The position numbers were made by a program, and so were the translations under genes. The notes under the pieces were generated by a model. It was not told where the DNA came from and made no database searches. It worked only from the letters and a program-made list of their open reading frames with translations. A stretch of 64,000 bases of DNA, taken from assembly GCF_009834535.1 (NCBI RefSeq), contig NC_045696.1, positions 104,968,001-105,032,000 of the forward strand, read 5' to 3'. This document shows, piece by piece, positions 24,398-35,630 of the stretch. Numbering within the stretch: the stretch's first letter is position 1; every line of letters starts with the position of its first letter. Origin of the DNA: Camelus ferus (taxonomy: Eukaryota).

Positions 24398-25987
24398 ATG
24401 CAGGTGTTTAAAAACCTATAGAACATATAATTTCAAATAATTAAGGAGGAAAGAAGGTGGAAGAAAATGTGATCAAACAAATGACAGTAAAGGAATAAAA
24501 AAATTAGCATAGAAAAGTGAATTTATTAGAACAAAATTAATTGATATGAAAAATCCAAATACACCATTACTAAATATGAAAGGACTAAATTTACCTATTA
24601 ATAGAGATTCAAAATTAGGTATTTTTAAAATGCTACCATAAACTGTTTACAAGTGAACTGCCTTAAAAAATTGAAAACTACATTGTGTGTACTTATATGT
24701 GTGTATAAAAAAGTACTACTACAATTCATGGAGGTCATTAAATATAGAATATTAAATTTGCCAGGAAGATTTAGTAGTTCTAATCTTCCATTTACTTAAT
24801 AAAAAAATCTCAAAATGTGTAAAGTAAAAATGTATGTAATTACGAGAATATCCATGAACTTACAATCATAATAAAATATGCTAATGCACTTCATTTTGTA
24901 AGTTGTATGTCACATCTATAAGGTTTTAGCAAGAATAGAGAAAATTTGAACAATACCATGAGAAATTCTGCTCTAATGGACAAATTTAAACCCAGCAATG
25001 AACAATTAAAGAATACAATTTAATTTTCAATTACAAATTGGATATTTACAAAGCAAATATCATCAAGTACCAAGAAATCTCTATCATCTAGAGGATATTT
25101 TTATTACCATTATACTAAAATACAACTGAGAGCAAAAGATGTTATTAACTGCTCACATTTGGAAATAAAAGTGATAAATTTCTAAATGATTAATGGGCCA
25201 AAGAGAAAATTGAAACTAAGAAACATTTAGAAGCTGAAAAATAGCGAAATACTACATATTAACACTTAGAGAATGAAGATAATTTGGTATTTAGAAAGAA
25301 TATTCTTTAATGTTCATCTTGGAAAAGATGAATATCTGAAGATTTTTCAGTTAAGCATCCAACTCAAAAAGTTAGAAAATGGACAACAACAGTACTTAGG
25401 ACTGTGGGAAGCAACGGACAGAGAATTGGACCAGCAGTCAGAGCCCAGAAATAGATGAATACATATATAAAAACTTAATACGTGCTTAGAAGTCAATGGG
25501 GGAAAGGTTAGACTACTCAATCAGTGACTATAAAAGAAATCCAGATGGAACAAAGGTTTCATTCTAAAACTGCAAAATTATAAATTTTAAAAGAAATTTT
25601 AGGAGAATATATGTGTGACTTAAAAGTCTAGAAGAATTTCCTAAGCACAAAACAAAAAGCACAAATCATGGAGAAAAGTATTTGATATGATCAGTACATC
25701 GAAATTAAGAACTTTGGTCATTAAAAGACACCATAAAAAATAAAATGTGAAACCATGGGGTGAAAATTGGTATTTGCAATCCCTATAACTAACAAAGGAT
25801 TGGTATCAGAATATAGGAAGAACTTCTACAAATCAATACAAATAAACTAAGCAATTAAGAAACCAGGGGAAATTTATAAACTGGCAGTTTATAGGAAAAT
25901 AAATCTGAAAGGCAAACAAACACACAAAGAGATACTCAATATCACAGGTCATCAGGGCAATAGAAATTAAAAATGATAAAAAGATAC

Positions 25988-26337
25988 TGCTGTGATCTGA
26001 ATATTTGTATCCCCCCCAAATTAGTATTGCAACGTAACCCTCACGTTGATGGTTTTAGGACTTGGGGTCTTTGGGAAGTGAGTGGGTTATCATTAGGTGA
26101 TTAGGCTCCGACTTCAAGATTGGGGTTAGTTTCCTTAGAAACGACATCCCGCAGAGATTCCTTGCTCCTTTGGCCATGTCGAGGAGTGGGCAGCCCAGCA
26201 GAAAGCCCTCATCTGACCATGCTGGTACCCTGACTTTGGATTTCCAGCCTCCAGAGCAGTGAGAGATAACATCCTATTGTGTGGACGCTACCCAGACTGC
26301 GCTATTTTGCTATAGCAGCCCAGACGGACTAAAACAG
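25988..26337 (+). mobile_element. MLT1A-like LTR
   Basis: tgctgtgatctgaatatttgtatcccc...gctatagcagcccagacggactaaaaca. Confidence 0.8.
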
Positions 26338-26514
26338 ACACCATTTCATATTTATCAAAATAAAAGAGTTGTGAAAGCCTAATAAAACCATACTTCGGTG
26401 AGAAGGAAGAGCATTGGTAAAATTCATACACTGATCGTGGGAATGTAACTGACAGAAGCACGTTGGAAAGCACTAGGTAGAATCTACCAGAACTAATTAT
26501 GCACATACACTGCA

Positions 26515-26950
26515 CCATCCAGAGTGGTTTCATAGGGCTACAGTAACCAACTACCCCAAGCTGGCTGACTTAAAAAAACACATTTATTCTCTCACAGTTC
26601 TGGAGGCCAGAATATGAAATCACAGTGTCCGCTGTGCTGTGCTCTGTCTGAAGACTTTAGGGGAAGATCCTGTCAGTTTCCGCTAGCCCTGTTCCTTGGC
26701 TGTGGCAGCATGACTCTAATCTCTGCCTCTGTCTTCACATGACATTCTCTCTGGGTCTCTATGTCTTCATACAGCTGTCTTCTTGTAAGGACACCAGTCA
26801 TAGTGGACAAGGAGCCCACCCTACTCATAGGACTTCATCTTAACAGAACCAATTATATCTGCAAGGACTCTATTTCCAAATAAGGTCATATTCTGAGTAC
26901 TGGGAGTAAGGGAGACTTTCTGAGGAGGCGTATAATTCTATCCATAATAC
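26515..26950 (-). mobile_element. MLT1C-like LTR
   Basis: catttattctctcacagttctggaggccag...ctatttccaaataaggtcatattctgag. Confidence 0.8.
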
Positions 26951-27003
26951 CTAGTCATAGCTATTAGCTATAGATTTTAAAAATATACACATGAACATGA
27001 AAA

Positions 27004-27057
<54 letters not shown>
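27004..27057. repeat. (TG)n(TA)n compound microsatellite
   Basis: Direct reading. Confidence 0.95.
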
Positions 27058-27061
<4 letters not shown>

Positions 27062-28698
27062 TTACAGCATTTTTAATAATTATGAAAAAAGAAAAATACA
27101 AATATCCATCAACTGGAAATGTGTTCATCAATTATGATATATTCATGTAATGGAATATTACACAGCAGTTAAATTAAATTAAATAGGACTCATATCAAAT
27201 GGGGAAACCAAATACATGGTAAGAAGAATAAAATGCAAATTGAAAGTTTCTACTTCCAACAATGTGATAGATTAGTTATTAAAAAAAAAAAAGACAAAAC
27301 AGGAAAGTTTTAAATACATTGCTGATCTGACACAAAAATAAGGATTCTGCAAAATGAAAAATTAAGTGAAACTTGAAACCCTGGGAAGCATGTGAACAAC
27401 AAAGCTGGCTCTGCCCTGAGTGATTTTGCCAGCCCTGTAGACCTTGAGCTTCACCTTTAATGTCTGCCTAGCATGTGATGTTCAGAACCTAAAGTCTACA
27501 CTCCACTTTAAGAGCTTACACCTTTCCTATGAGAATGAGGAATAAACCTCATCACACAGAAAGGGACAGCAGGGACCCTTGTCTGCTGAAACCCTAGCCC
27601 TGGGTAAATGAAAAAATCTCCAGAGCATCCATAGATATAAACCAGCCATTTCATGTGATTGTGGTCTTAAATAAAAAATGTTATCTGTGCATTGTACAAA
27701 TCCAAGCAGGAAATTGAAATTAAAGTCCCAAAGTGGTAGCACCTATAGGTGGCAAAAACAAATGTATACACTGAGGAATAAAACTTTGTGTAGCCCTCGA
27801 AGAATTACCACAGGTACATTTTGGAGTAATACAAACAGCACAAATTCAAAAACTACATACATGTATATGATTACAAACCAGCAAACAGAGCAAAAACAGA
27901 CACACTAAGACATCAGGTATCAGAATTTAGAGACATAAAAATTTAAACAAATATGTTTAATATACCTGAAGAAATATAAAAGAATCTTGAAAAAAATCAA
28001 CAGAAGAAACCATTAATGAAGCAGATTTTGGAAAGAACAAAATACAACTTCACAAATAAAAATATATAATTATTAAAATAAAAAATAAAAAATGAACAAA
28101 TTAATCAACAAATTATACGGATCTGAAGAGAAAAATTTGGAACTGCAAAATAGATCCAAATAATTACTCAAAATTCAGGCCAGAGAGATTAAGAGTTTAA
28201 AAATATAAAAGAAATGTCAAAAGACATGAGAGCTAGATGGAGAATTCACTATAATTGGAATTCCAGAAGAGGCCAAGAGAGAGAATGGGAAGAAACAATA
28301 CAAAAGTAAACAGCTCCTGGGAACATGCCAGAACTGTTGAGAGTCACCAAGTCTCCAATTCAGAAATTCTAACAAATTCAAAAAAGGGTAAATGTATTTT
28401 TAAAATCCACACAAAATACATCAAAGTGAAGCCTGAGAACACTACAGCAAAGAGAAGTACTTAAAGCAACCTACAAACAAAGAGCGATTTGATGCTGACT
28501 GTTCTGTAGCAACAGTGGGAACCAGGACACAAGATGCTGAAAGAAAAGTATTGTCGAAATCGTCTTTCCATGATAAAAATAAAATAATGCCATTTCAGAC
28601 CAAAAAAAAAAAATTGTCAACAAAATTGCTGTCATTAACATAAATTGCAGAAGAATAGGGAAATAAACCCAGGTGGAAACTCTGAGTTACAAGAATTG

Positions 28699-29198
28699 TT
28701 GTGGTAGGCAGAGTAATGCCCCTGAAGATGTCCACATCCTAATCCTTGGAATCTGTAAATATATTACCTTACATGGCAAAGGAGAATTCAGGTAGCAGAT
28801 GGAATTAAAGTTGTCAATCAGCTGATCTTAAAATAAGGCAATTACCCTGGATTATCTGAGTGGGCACAGTGTAATCACAATGGTCCTTAAATGTGGAAGA
28901 GGGAGGCAAAAGAGGAGGTCAGGGAAAGGACAGCAAGAGGAAAAGTTGGCCCAACGTGCTGACACTGAAGGCAGAGGGAGAGGGGAATGTGGGCCCCTTT
29001 CAGAAGCTGAGAAGGGCAAGGAAATGGATTGTCCCCAGAGCTTCCAGAAAAGAATGTCGCTCTGTCAACACCTTGACGTGGGTCCAATGAGACCCATTTT
29101 GGACTTCTGGACTACAGAACTGTAAAATGATAAATTTGCGTTATTCTGAGACACAAAGTTTGCAGAGTTTGTTACATCAGCAACATGAGACTAATACA
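28699..29198 (+). mobile_element. MLT1D-like LTR
   Basis: tgtggtaggcagagtaatgccc...ttggacttctggactacagaactgtaa...actaataca. Confidence 0.85.
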
Positions 29199-29590
29199 AA
29201 TAGGGAGCAAATGTATTAATAAATATCAGTTTGAATATATACAAAAATTCACATTGTAAAGTAATAGGAGCAGTGTCTATTTCAAAGGAGACAGGATAGG
29301 ACTAAAATATTGGGCAATAATAGCAAATATGTTTTAGAAAATGTATTAGTCAGAATTCTGTCAGGAGATAGAATCCCCTCAGTGACTTGAACACAGAAAA
29401 TGTGATACAAAGAATAGTTAACTGGAAACTGGAGTAATATGGAATTGGCTGCTGAGCGTGAAAGAAAATTACAAAGATTACAGGAATAGTCCATATAAGA
29501 AACCACCACTGTCCCGTAGGTAAGTTAGAGTACCCAGGGAAGAGTTCTCCACACCTTCCCTTGGACTGAGACCCAAACATCACTGGAAAG

Positions 29591-29701
29591 GGGGAGGGTA
29601 TAGTTCAGCAGTAGAGCACGTGCTTAGCGTGCATGAGGTCCTGGGTTCACTCCCCAGGACCTCCATTTAAAAATAAAAAAGAGAAAGAAAAAAAAACTTC
29701 A
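29591..29701 (+). mobile_element. Camelid-type tRNA-derived SINE (Vic-1-like)
   Basis: ggggagggtatagttcagcagtagagcacgtgcttagc...cctgggttca plus an A-rich tail. Perfect 17-bp TSD caaacatcactggaaag at 29574-29590 and 29702-29718. Confidence 0.9.
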
Positions 29702-31119
29702 CAAACATCACTGGAAAGAGCAAAGCTTGGCTCACTGGACCAAGCAAAAAGTCACTGATGTGCAGCACTGGTGGGACCTATAAGGATCTATCCTCTGGTG
29801 TGACAGTAGAAGCCACAATCAGGTAGATATCAAGCCTCAGAATTTGGAAGGTGCTAGAGGAATCTGTTGGCTGCTGCTGGAAGCAGGGATTGGAAAGGCC
29901 ATTCTCTGTAGTGGACTTCTGCATGCAGCTTGGATCAGTGTGGTTCCAGCCAGTTGTGGGAGCTGAAGGTCGCTAGAGAGGTCACTAGATATTGCCATAA
30001 TTTGTTAGGTATGCATGCTAAAATAGCAGTTCAGCCGCTGAAAGAGTAAACACAGAAGATACAACTGCCCCAAAAAAGATACTGAAAAAACAAAGTGAAA
30101 TGAGAAGAAAAACCACACTAGCAATTAACAATCAATCCAAAGAAGACAAGAAAAGAGGAGAGGAGAAGAGAAACAGAAAAAGTGGGACAAATGGAAAGTA
30201 CATAGTTAGCAGGGAGAGATAAGTATATATTTTAAAAAATGCAAATGGAATAACTCTTCAATTAAAAGACAAAACTTGTCTGATTGGGGGAAAAAATCTT
30301 ACTATGTGTTGATTATTGAATAACCAAGATGGCAGAGTAGGAAGACCTGAAGCTCACCTCCTCTTATGGGCACATCAAAATTACAGCTATTTACAGAGCA
30401 ACTATCTCTAAATGACCTGAAGACTAGCAGGAAAGATTTTCCATAGCTAAAGATACGAAGAAGGAACCAAACAAGATGACAGGAGGAGTGGAGACACAGT
30501 GTAGTCAAGACCCACACCCCCAGGTAAGCCACCCACAAATGGGAAGATGATCACAGCTGCAGAGGTTCTCCCCACGGGGTGGGGTTTCTGAGCCCCATCA
30601 GGCTCCTCAGCCCCAGGGTCTTGCGCCAGGAGTTCAAGCCCCCAGAACATCTGGTTCTGAAGGCCAGTGGAGCTTCACGGGAGAGCTGGAGGGCTATAGG
30701 AAAAAGAGGCTTTGCTCTTAAAGGGTGCACACAAAATCTCACAAAAGAGACTTTAAAACAAAGACTGTAACAAGAGACAAAGAAGGACATTACATAATGA
30801 TAAAAAGAGCAAACCAACAAGGAGAGTTAAATTGTAAATATATATGTACTCAAATATTTAGCAGCACCTAAATACATAAAGCAAATATTAACAAAAATAA
30901 AGGGAGAAATTGAAAGTAACATGATAATAGTAGGCGTCTTAAACACCCCATGTATGTCATCAGACAGATCAACCAAACAGAAAATGAGTAAGGAAACACT
31001 GGCCTTAAACAATAGATTAAATCAGATGCCCTTAACAAATATATAGAGAGCATTCCATCTAAAAGAGCATTTTCCAAAGAAGACATACAGATGGCCAACA
31101 GGCACAAGAAAAGATGCTC

Positions 31120-31353
31120 GGAGTGGGGAGGGTATAGCTCAAATGGTAGAGCACTTGCTTAGCGTGCACAAGGTCCTGGGTTCAATCCCCAGTACCTCCA
31201 TTAAAAAAAAAAAAAAACTAGTAAGAAATAAATAAATTGAATGCATATATATTCATATATGACTGAAGCATTGTGCTATACACCAGAATTGACACAACAT
31301 TGTAAACTGACTATAACTCAATAAAAAAAAAAGAAAGAAAAGAAATTACGCTC
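31120..31353 (+). mobile_element. Vic-1-like SINE followed by an L1 3'-terminal fragment (composite insertion)
   Basis: SINE head at 31125-31200, poly-A, then gactgaagcattgtgctatacaccagaattgacacaacattgtaaactgactataactcaataaa. The host L1 resumes at aacatcactaat. Confidence 0.8.
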
Positions 31354-31728
31354 AACATCACTAATCTTCCAGGAAATGCAAATCAAAACCATAGTAAATG
31401 AAAATCAACCTCATAAGAGAGGTCAGAACAGCTATCATCAAAAATACAATCCATAACGAGTACTGGCAAGGATGTGGAAAAGAGGGCACCATCCTGCACT
31501 GTTGGTGGGATTGTAAATAGGTGCAGATATTATGAAAAACAGTACAGCATTTCCTCAAAAAATTAAAAATAGAACTGCCATATGAGGAATTTCACTTCTG
31601 GGTATTTGCCCAAAACAAAAACAAAAACATTAATTCAAAAATATATATGCACTCCAATGTTCACTGCAGCATTATTTACAATAGCCAAGATATGAAAACA
31701 ATCTATGTGTCCATCCAAAATGAATGGA

Positions 31729-31893
31729 GAGGGGGAGGGTACAGCTCAGTGGTAGAGCGCATGCTTAGCATGCATGAGGTCCTGGGCTCAATCCCCAGTA
31801 CCTCCACTAAGAATAAATCAATCAATAAGTTAAAACCAAATTACCTCCCCCTACCAAAAAATAAATAAATAAAATAAGCAATCTAGTTTTTAA
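31729..31893 (+). mobile_element. Camelid-type tRNA-derived SINE (Vic-1-like, longer tail)
   Basis: gggggagggtacagctcagtggtagagcgcatgcttagcatgcatgaggtcctgggctcaatccccagtacctcca. 12-bp TSD aaaatgaatgga at 31717-31728 and 31894-31905. Confidence 0.92.
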
Positions 31894-32464
31894 AAAATGA
31901 ATGGATAACGAAGTTATGTGTATATATATATACACACATATATACACCATATATATACACACACACAAAATGAAATATTACTCAGCCATAAAACAGAAAG
32001 AAATCTTGCCATTTGCAACAACATGGACGGACTAGAGGGTATTATGCTAAGTGAAATAAGTCAGATGGAGAAAGGCAAATACCATATGATCTCACTTATA
32101 TGTGGAATCTAGGAAAACAAAACAAACAAAAATGAAAACAGACTCACTAGATACAGAGAACAGACAGGTGGTTGCCAGAAGGTAGCGGGGTAGACAGAGT
32201 GGGTGAAATAGATACAGGGGATTACGAGGTACAAACTCTCAGTCATACAAAGAATAAGGCACAGGAATGTAGTGCACAGTATAGGGAATACAGTCAGTAG
32301 TGTTGTAATAACTTTGTAAAGGAACAGATAGTTACTAGACTGATTGTGGTGATCATTTCATAGTGTACTCAAATGTCAAGTCATTATGAAGTACATCTAA
32401 AACTAACATAATGTTGTACCTCAACTATATTTCAACTTAAACAAAAGAAAATATTATTGAAACA

Positions 32465-35400
32465 GGCAAAACTCTGGCATGATTAGTTCAGAAAAAAGGG
32501 AGAAAGCACACATGAACAATATTAAGAATGCAAAAGAGAACAAAACCGCATGTGTTACAGACATTAAAAAGATAATAGATGATATTATGAACTATTTATG
32601 CTGATAAGTTTGAAAACTCTGAAATAAATTCTTAAAAAACTGAAACTTGTCATCAAAATGTCAATGTTATGATAGATATATATTTTTTAACAGGCTTGGG
32701 AATTATTCTTGTGTACAGGAAACTAAGGAGAAATGCAAAGAGAAACATAACATTTTCTTGGAGTCTAGGTCAACAAATTTTTTTTAAAAACCTATAAATG
32801 ACACTATTGGAGCATTAGGAGAAATATGAATATAGATTGCATGTTAGTTGAGACAGTAATACCAATGGCAAATTACCTGAGAATGGTAGTTGGAAAACAC
32901 TACACAATGAAATACTTAAGAGTGAAATATTACATCTACAACTAACCCTTAAATGACACAGAAAAAAACAAGAATTGTGTATATATATTTCTGTATGTGT
33001 CTGTGAGTGAGAGATGGAGCCAGTGAGAGAGAGTAAGGAAGCAGGAAAGGACAAATGTGCCGAAACAGCAATGTCAGTGTCTAGGTAAAGTGTATGAATT
33101 GTCACTGAGGTATCGTTGAAACTTTCAAAAGGTTTGAAAGCTTAAAAATGATTTAAATACACATTAACAATGTAAACATCATATACAATACAAATATAAT
33201 AAAAACACAATTAAGAATATTGACCCACTTTTCAACCATAAAAAAGAATGAAATAATGCCATTTGGGGCAACATGGTTGGACCTAGGTCTGACCACACTA
33301 AGTGAAGTCAGTCGGACAGAGAAAGACAAATATCGTATATCACTTATATGTGGAATCTAAAAAAATGAGACAAATGAACTTATTTACAAAACAGAAGACA
33401 GACTTACAGACATAGAAAACAAACTTACAGTTACCAAAGGGGAAAAGGGAGGGGTAAATTAAGAATCTGGGAGTAGCAGATACAAACTACTATATATAAA
33501 ATAGATAAACAACAAGGTCTTACTGTATAGAACAGAGAACTGTATTCAGTATCCTGTAATAAACTATAACGGAAGAGAATATGAAAAAGAAAAAACTGAA
33601 TCACTTTGCTGTACACCAGAAAAATAACACAAGAGTGTAAATCAACTATACTTCAATAAAAAATTACTTTAAAGAATATTGATTCAAACAATATACAAAG
33701 TGATCGAATAATTTAAATCTTCTCTTGTAAAAAGCACTAGGCTAACATTTTAATAAACTTTTAAGGAACCCGTAATTCCAATCTTAAATAAAATTTTCTT
33801 AATCATAGAAAAAGTAAGAACAGCTCCAAATTCATTCACAAGTTTACATCATCCTGATGCCCAAATTTGACAAGGACAGTACAGAAATACAGAAAATTTC
33901 AAGACAAACCCCTTCATGAATACAAGATGCAAATATTCCCTGCCCCCAGAAAAGAAAATTATCAAGCTGACCTAACAGAGTATTTAAAATTGGGACTTAT
34001 TTCAGAAAAACAACTTTCATTTAATTTTAGAAAATAAAGTAATGTAATTCACACATTAACATTTTTAAAGAAATAAATGGAATGCTAATTTAAAAGATGC
34101 AGAAAGGTGTTTTTAAAATTCAATATATATTCATGATTTTTAAAAAGTCTCAGAAAAGTATAAGTAGATGGAAACTGCCTCATCTTTTAAAATGAATGTA
34201 CGTGTATCTGTATACATATCTCTATATGTGTAAATTAATATTATGTTATAATAATATATATATTAATCTTATGTCAAAAGTCATATTTAATTTTTAAACT
34301 TTGAAAGCTTCCCCTTCTGTGACTAAGGTGAGTATGCTACTCTTATCTCTTTTGTTCAATTTTGCCCTGGAGGATTTAGTGAGCATGATTAAAAAAGAAA
34401 GAAAGAAAAAAGAAGGTATAAAGATTTGGGGGAAAAGGAAACAAACTATTACTGTTAGCAGATTATAAGACTGTGAATGTGGAAAGTAAAAAACTCTGCA
34501 TAAAAGTCATTTGAATCAATAAGACCCTCTAGCAAGATTATTGGATACAAAAATAATATGCAAAAATCATTTGTCTTTCTATATATGAGCCATAAATAAT
34601 AAAAACATTAAAAAGAAACATCAAAAATAACAAAAATGATTACAATAAAAGACCTCTACAGAGAATACTATAAGACATTATCAAGAGACAATAAACAGAC
34701 CTGAATAAATGTCAAGACATACCAAGTGAGATATAAATTATTTTTTTATTTTAAAGATGTCATTTCTCTCCAAAAATAACATATCAATTCAATGCAATCC
34801 CAGTAAGAACTTACAAATGCTGAATAATTTTTCACTTTATATATATATATATGTATATATCACATCTTTTTTATCTATTCATCCACTGATGGACTCTTAG
34901 GTTGTATCCTAATTTCATAATTAATTTATTATGAGACATATAACCACCAGATTGTTCAAAATTAAAAGCTTGATCATACCTAACATTGATGACAATGTGG
35001 AGCAACAGGAACTATCTTATTCTCTTGGTGGGGATGAAAAGCACTACAATTCTTGGACAAATTGTTTCATAGTAGAATTTAAGGTACCCATCCAGTGATC
35101 CAGGAGTACCATTCCCACTCCCAGACATTTACCCTAGAGAAATTCTTGCACACGTGGACCCAGGAGACATATGCAAGAGTGTTTATTGCTGCATTGTTTG
35201 TGACAGTTTCAAACTGGAAAGAGCCCAAATGTCAATCCACAGTAGAAAGGATAAATACATTGTGACATCTTAGGGGAAAGGCGGGGGAGGGAGTTTGGGA
35301 TTAACAGATACATGTTACTATATATAAAATAGATAAACAACAAGGACCTACTGTGTAGCACAGCGAATTATATTCAATTTCTTGTAATAACATATAATAG

Positions 35401-35630
35401 AAAAGAATCTGAAAAGAAAATGTATACGTATGTGTATGTATAACTGAATCGCTTTGCTGACACCTGAAACTACATTGTAAATCAACTTCAACTGCACTTC
35501 AATAAAAAATAAAATTAAAAAAATTTTTCAAGCCTAGGCAAAAGGAAGTTATATGTCTTATGAATGGATTCAAGTGTGGTAAAACTGCAAAGCAAAGCAC
35601 AGAAGTGATTATGACAAAAACCAGGATTGG
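32465..35630 (+). mobile_element. Old L1 ORF2 fragments with younger L1 3' ends inserted (about 33235-33665 and 35270-35520)
   Basis: L1 ORF2 motifs (gatgcagaaaggtg, ttcaatgcaatccca) and 3' ends (aagaatgaaataatgccattt...aatcaactatacttcaataaa). Confidence 0.75.

Larger units (their letters stand above)
24400..28690 (+). mobile_element. Old degenerate L1 fragments (ORF2/3' and ORF1-like pieces) with MLT1 insertions
   Basis: A-rich strand bias and L1 hallmarks such as agagcccagaaataga and aaattaagaactttggtcattaaaagacacc. No intact ORF. Confidence 0.75.
30321..32452 (+). mobile_element. Internally deleted L1 (5'UTR, endonuclease fragment, ORF2 C-terminus and 3'UTR) hosting two SINEs
   Basis: YY1-like caagatggca at the 5' end, EN-domain gacaaagaaggacattacataatgataaaa, then ccaaagaagacatacagatggccaacagg. 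Candidate TSD attattgaa at 30312-30320 and 32453-32461. Confidence 0.7.

Noticed and set aside
31731..31806. tRNA-like sequence as a functional tRNA gene (also 29591 and 31125)
   Set aside because: A-rich tails and TSDs identify these as SINE copies.
30827..32112. Short ORFs resembling L1 sense or antisense peptides
   Set aside because: Fragments of a disrupted L1, not host genes.
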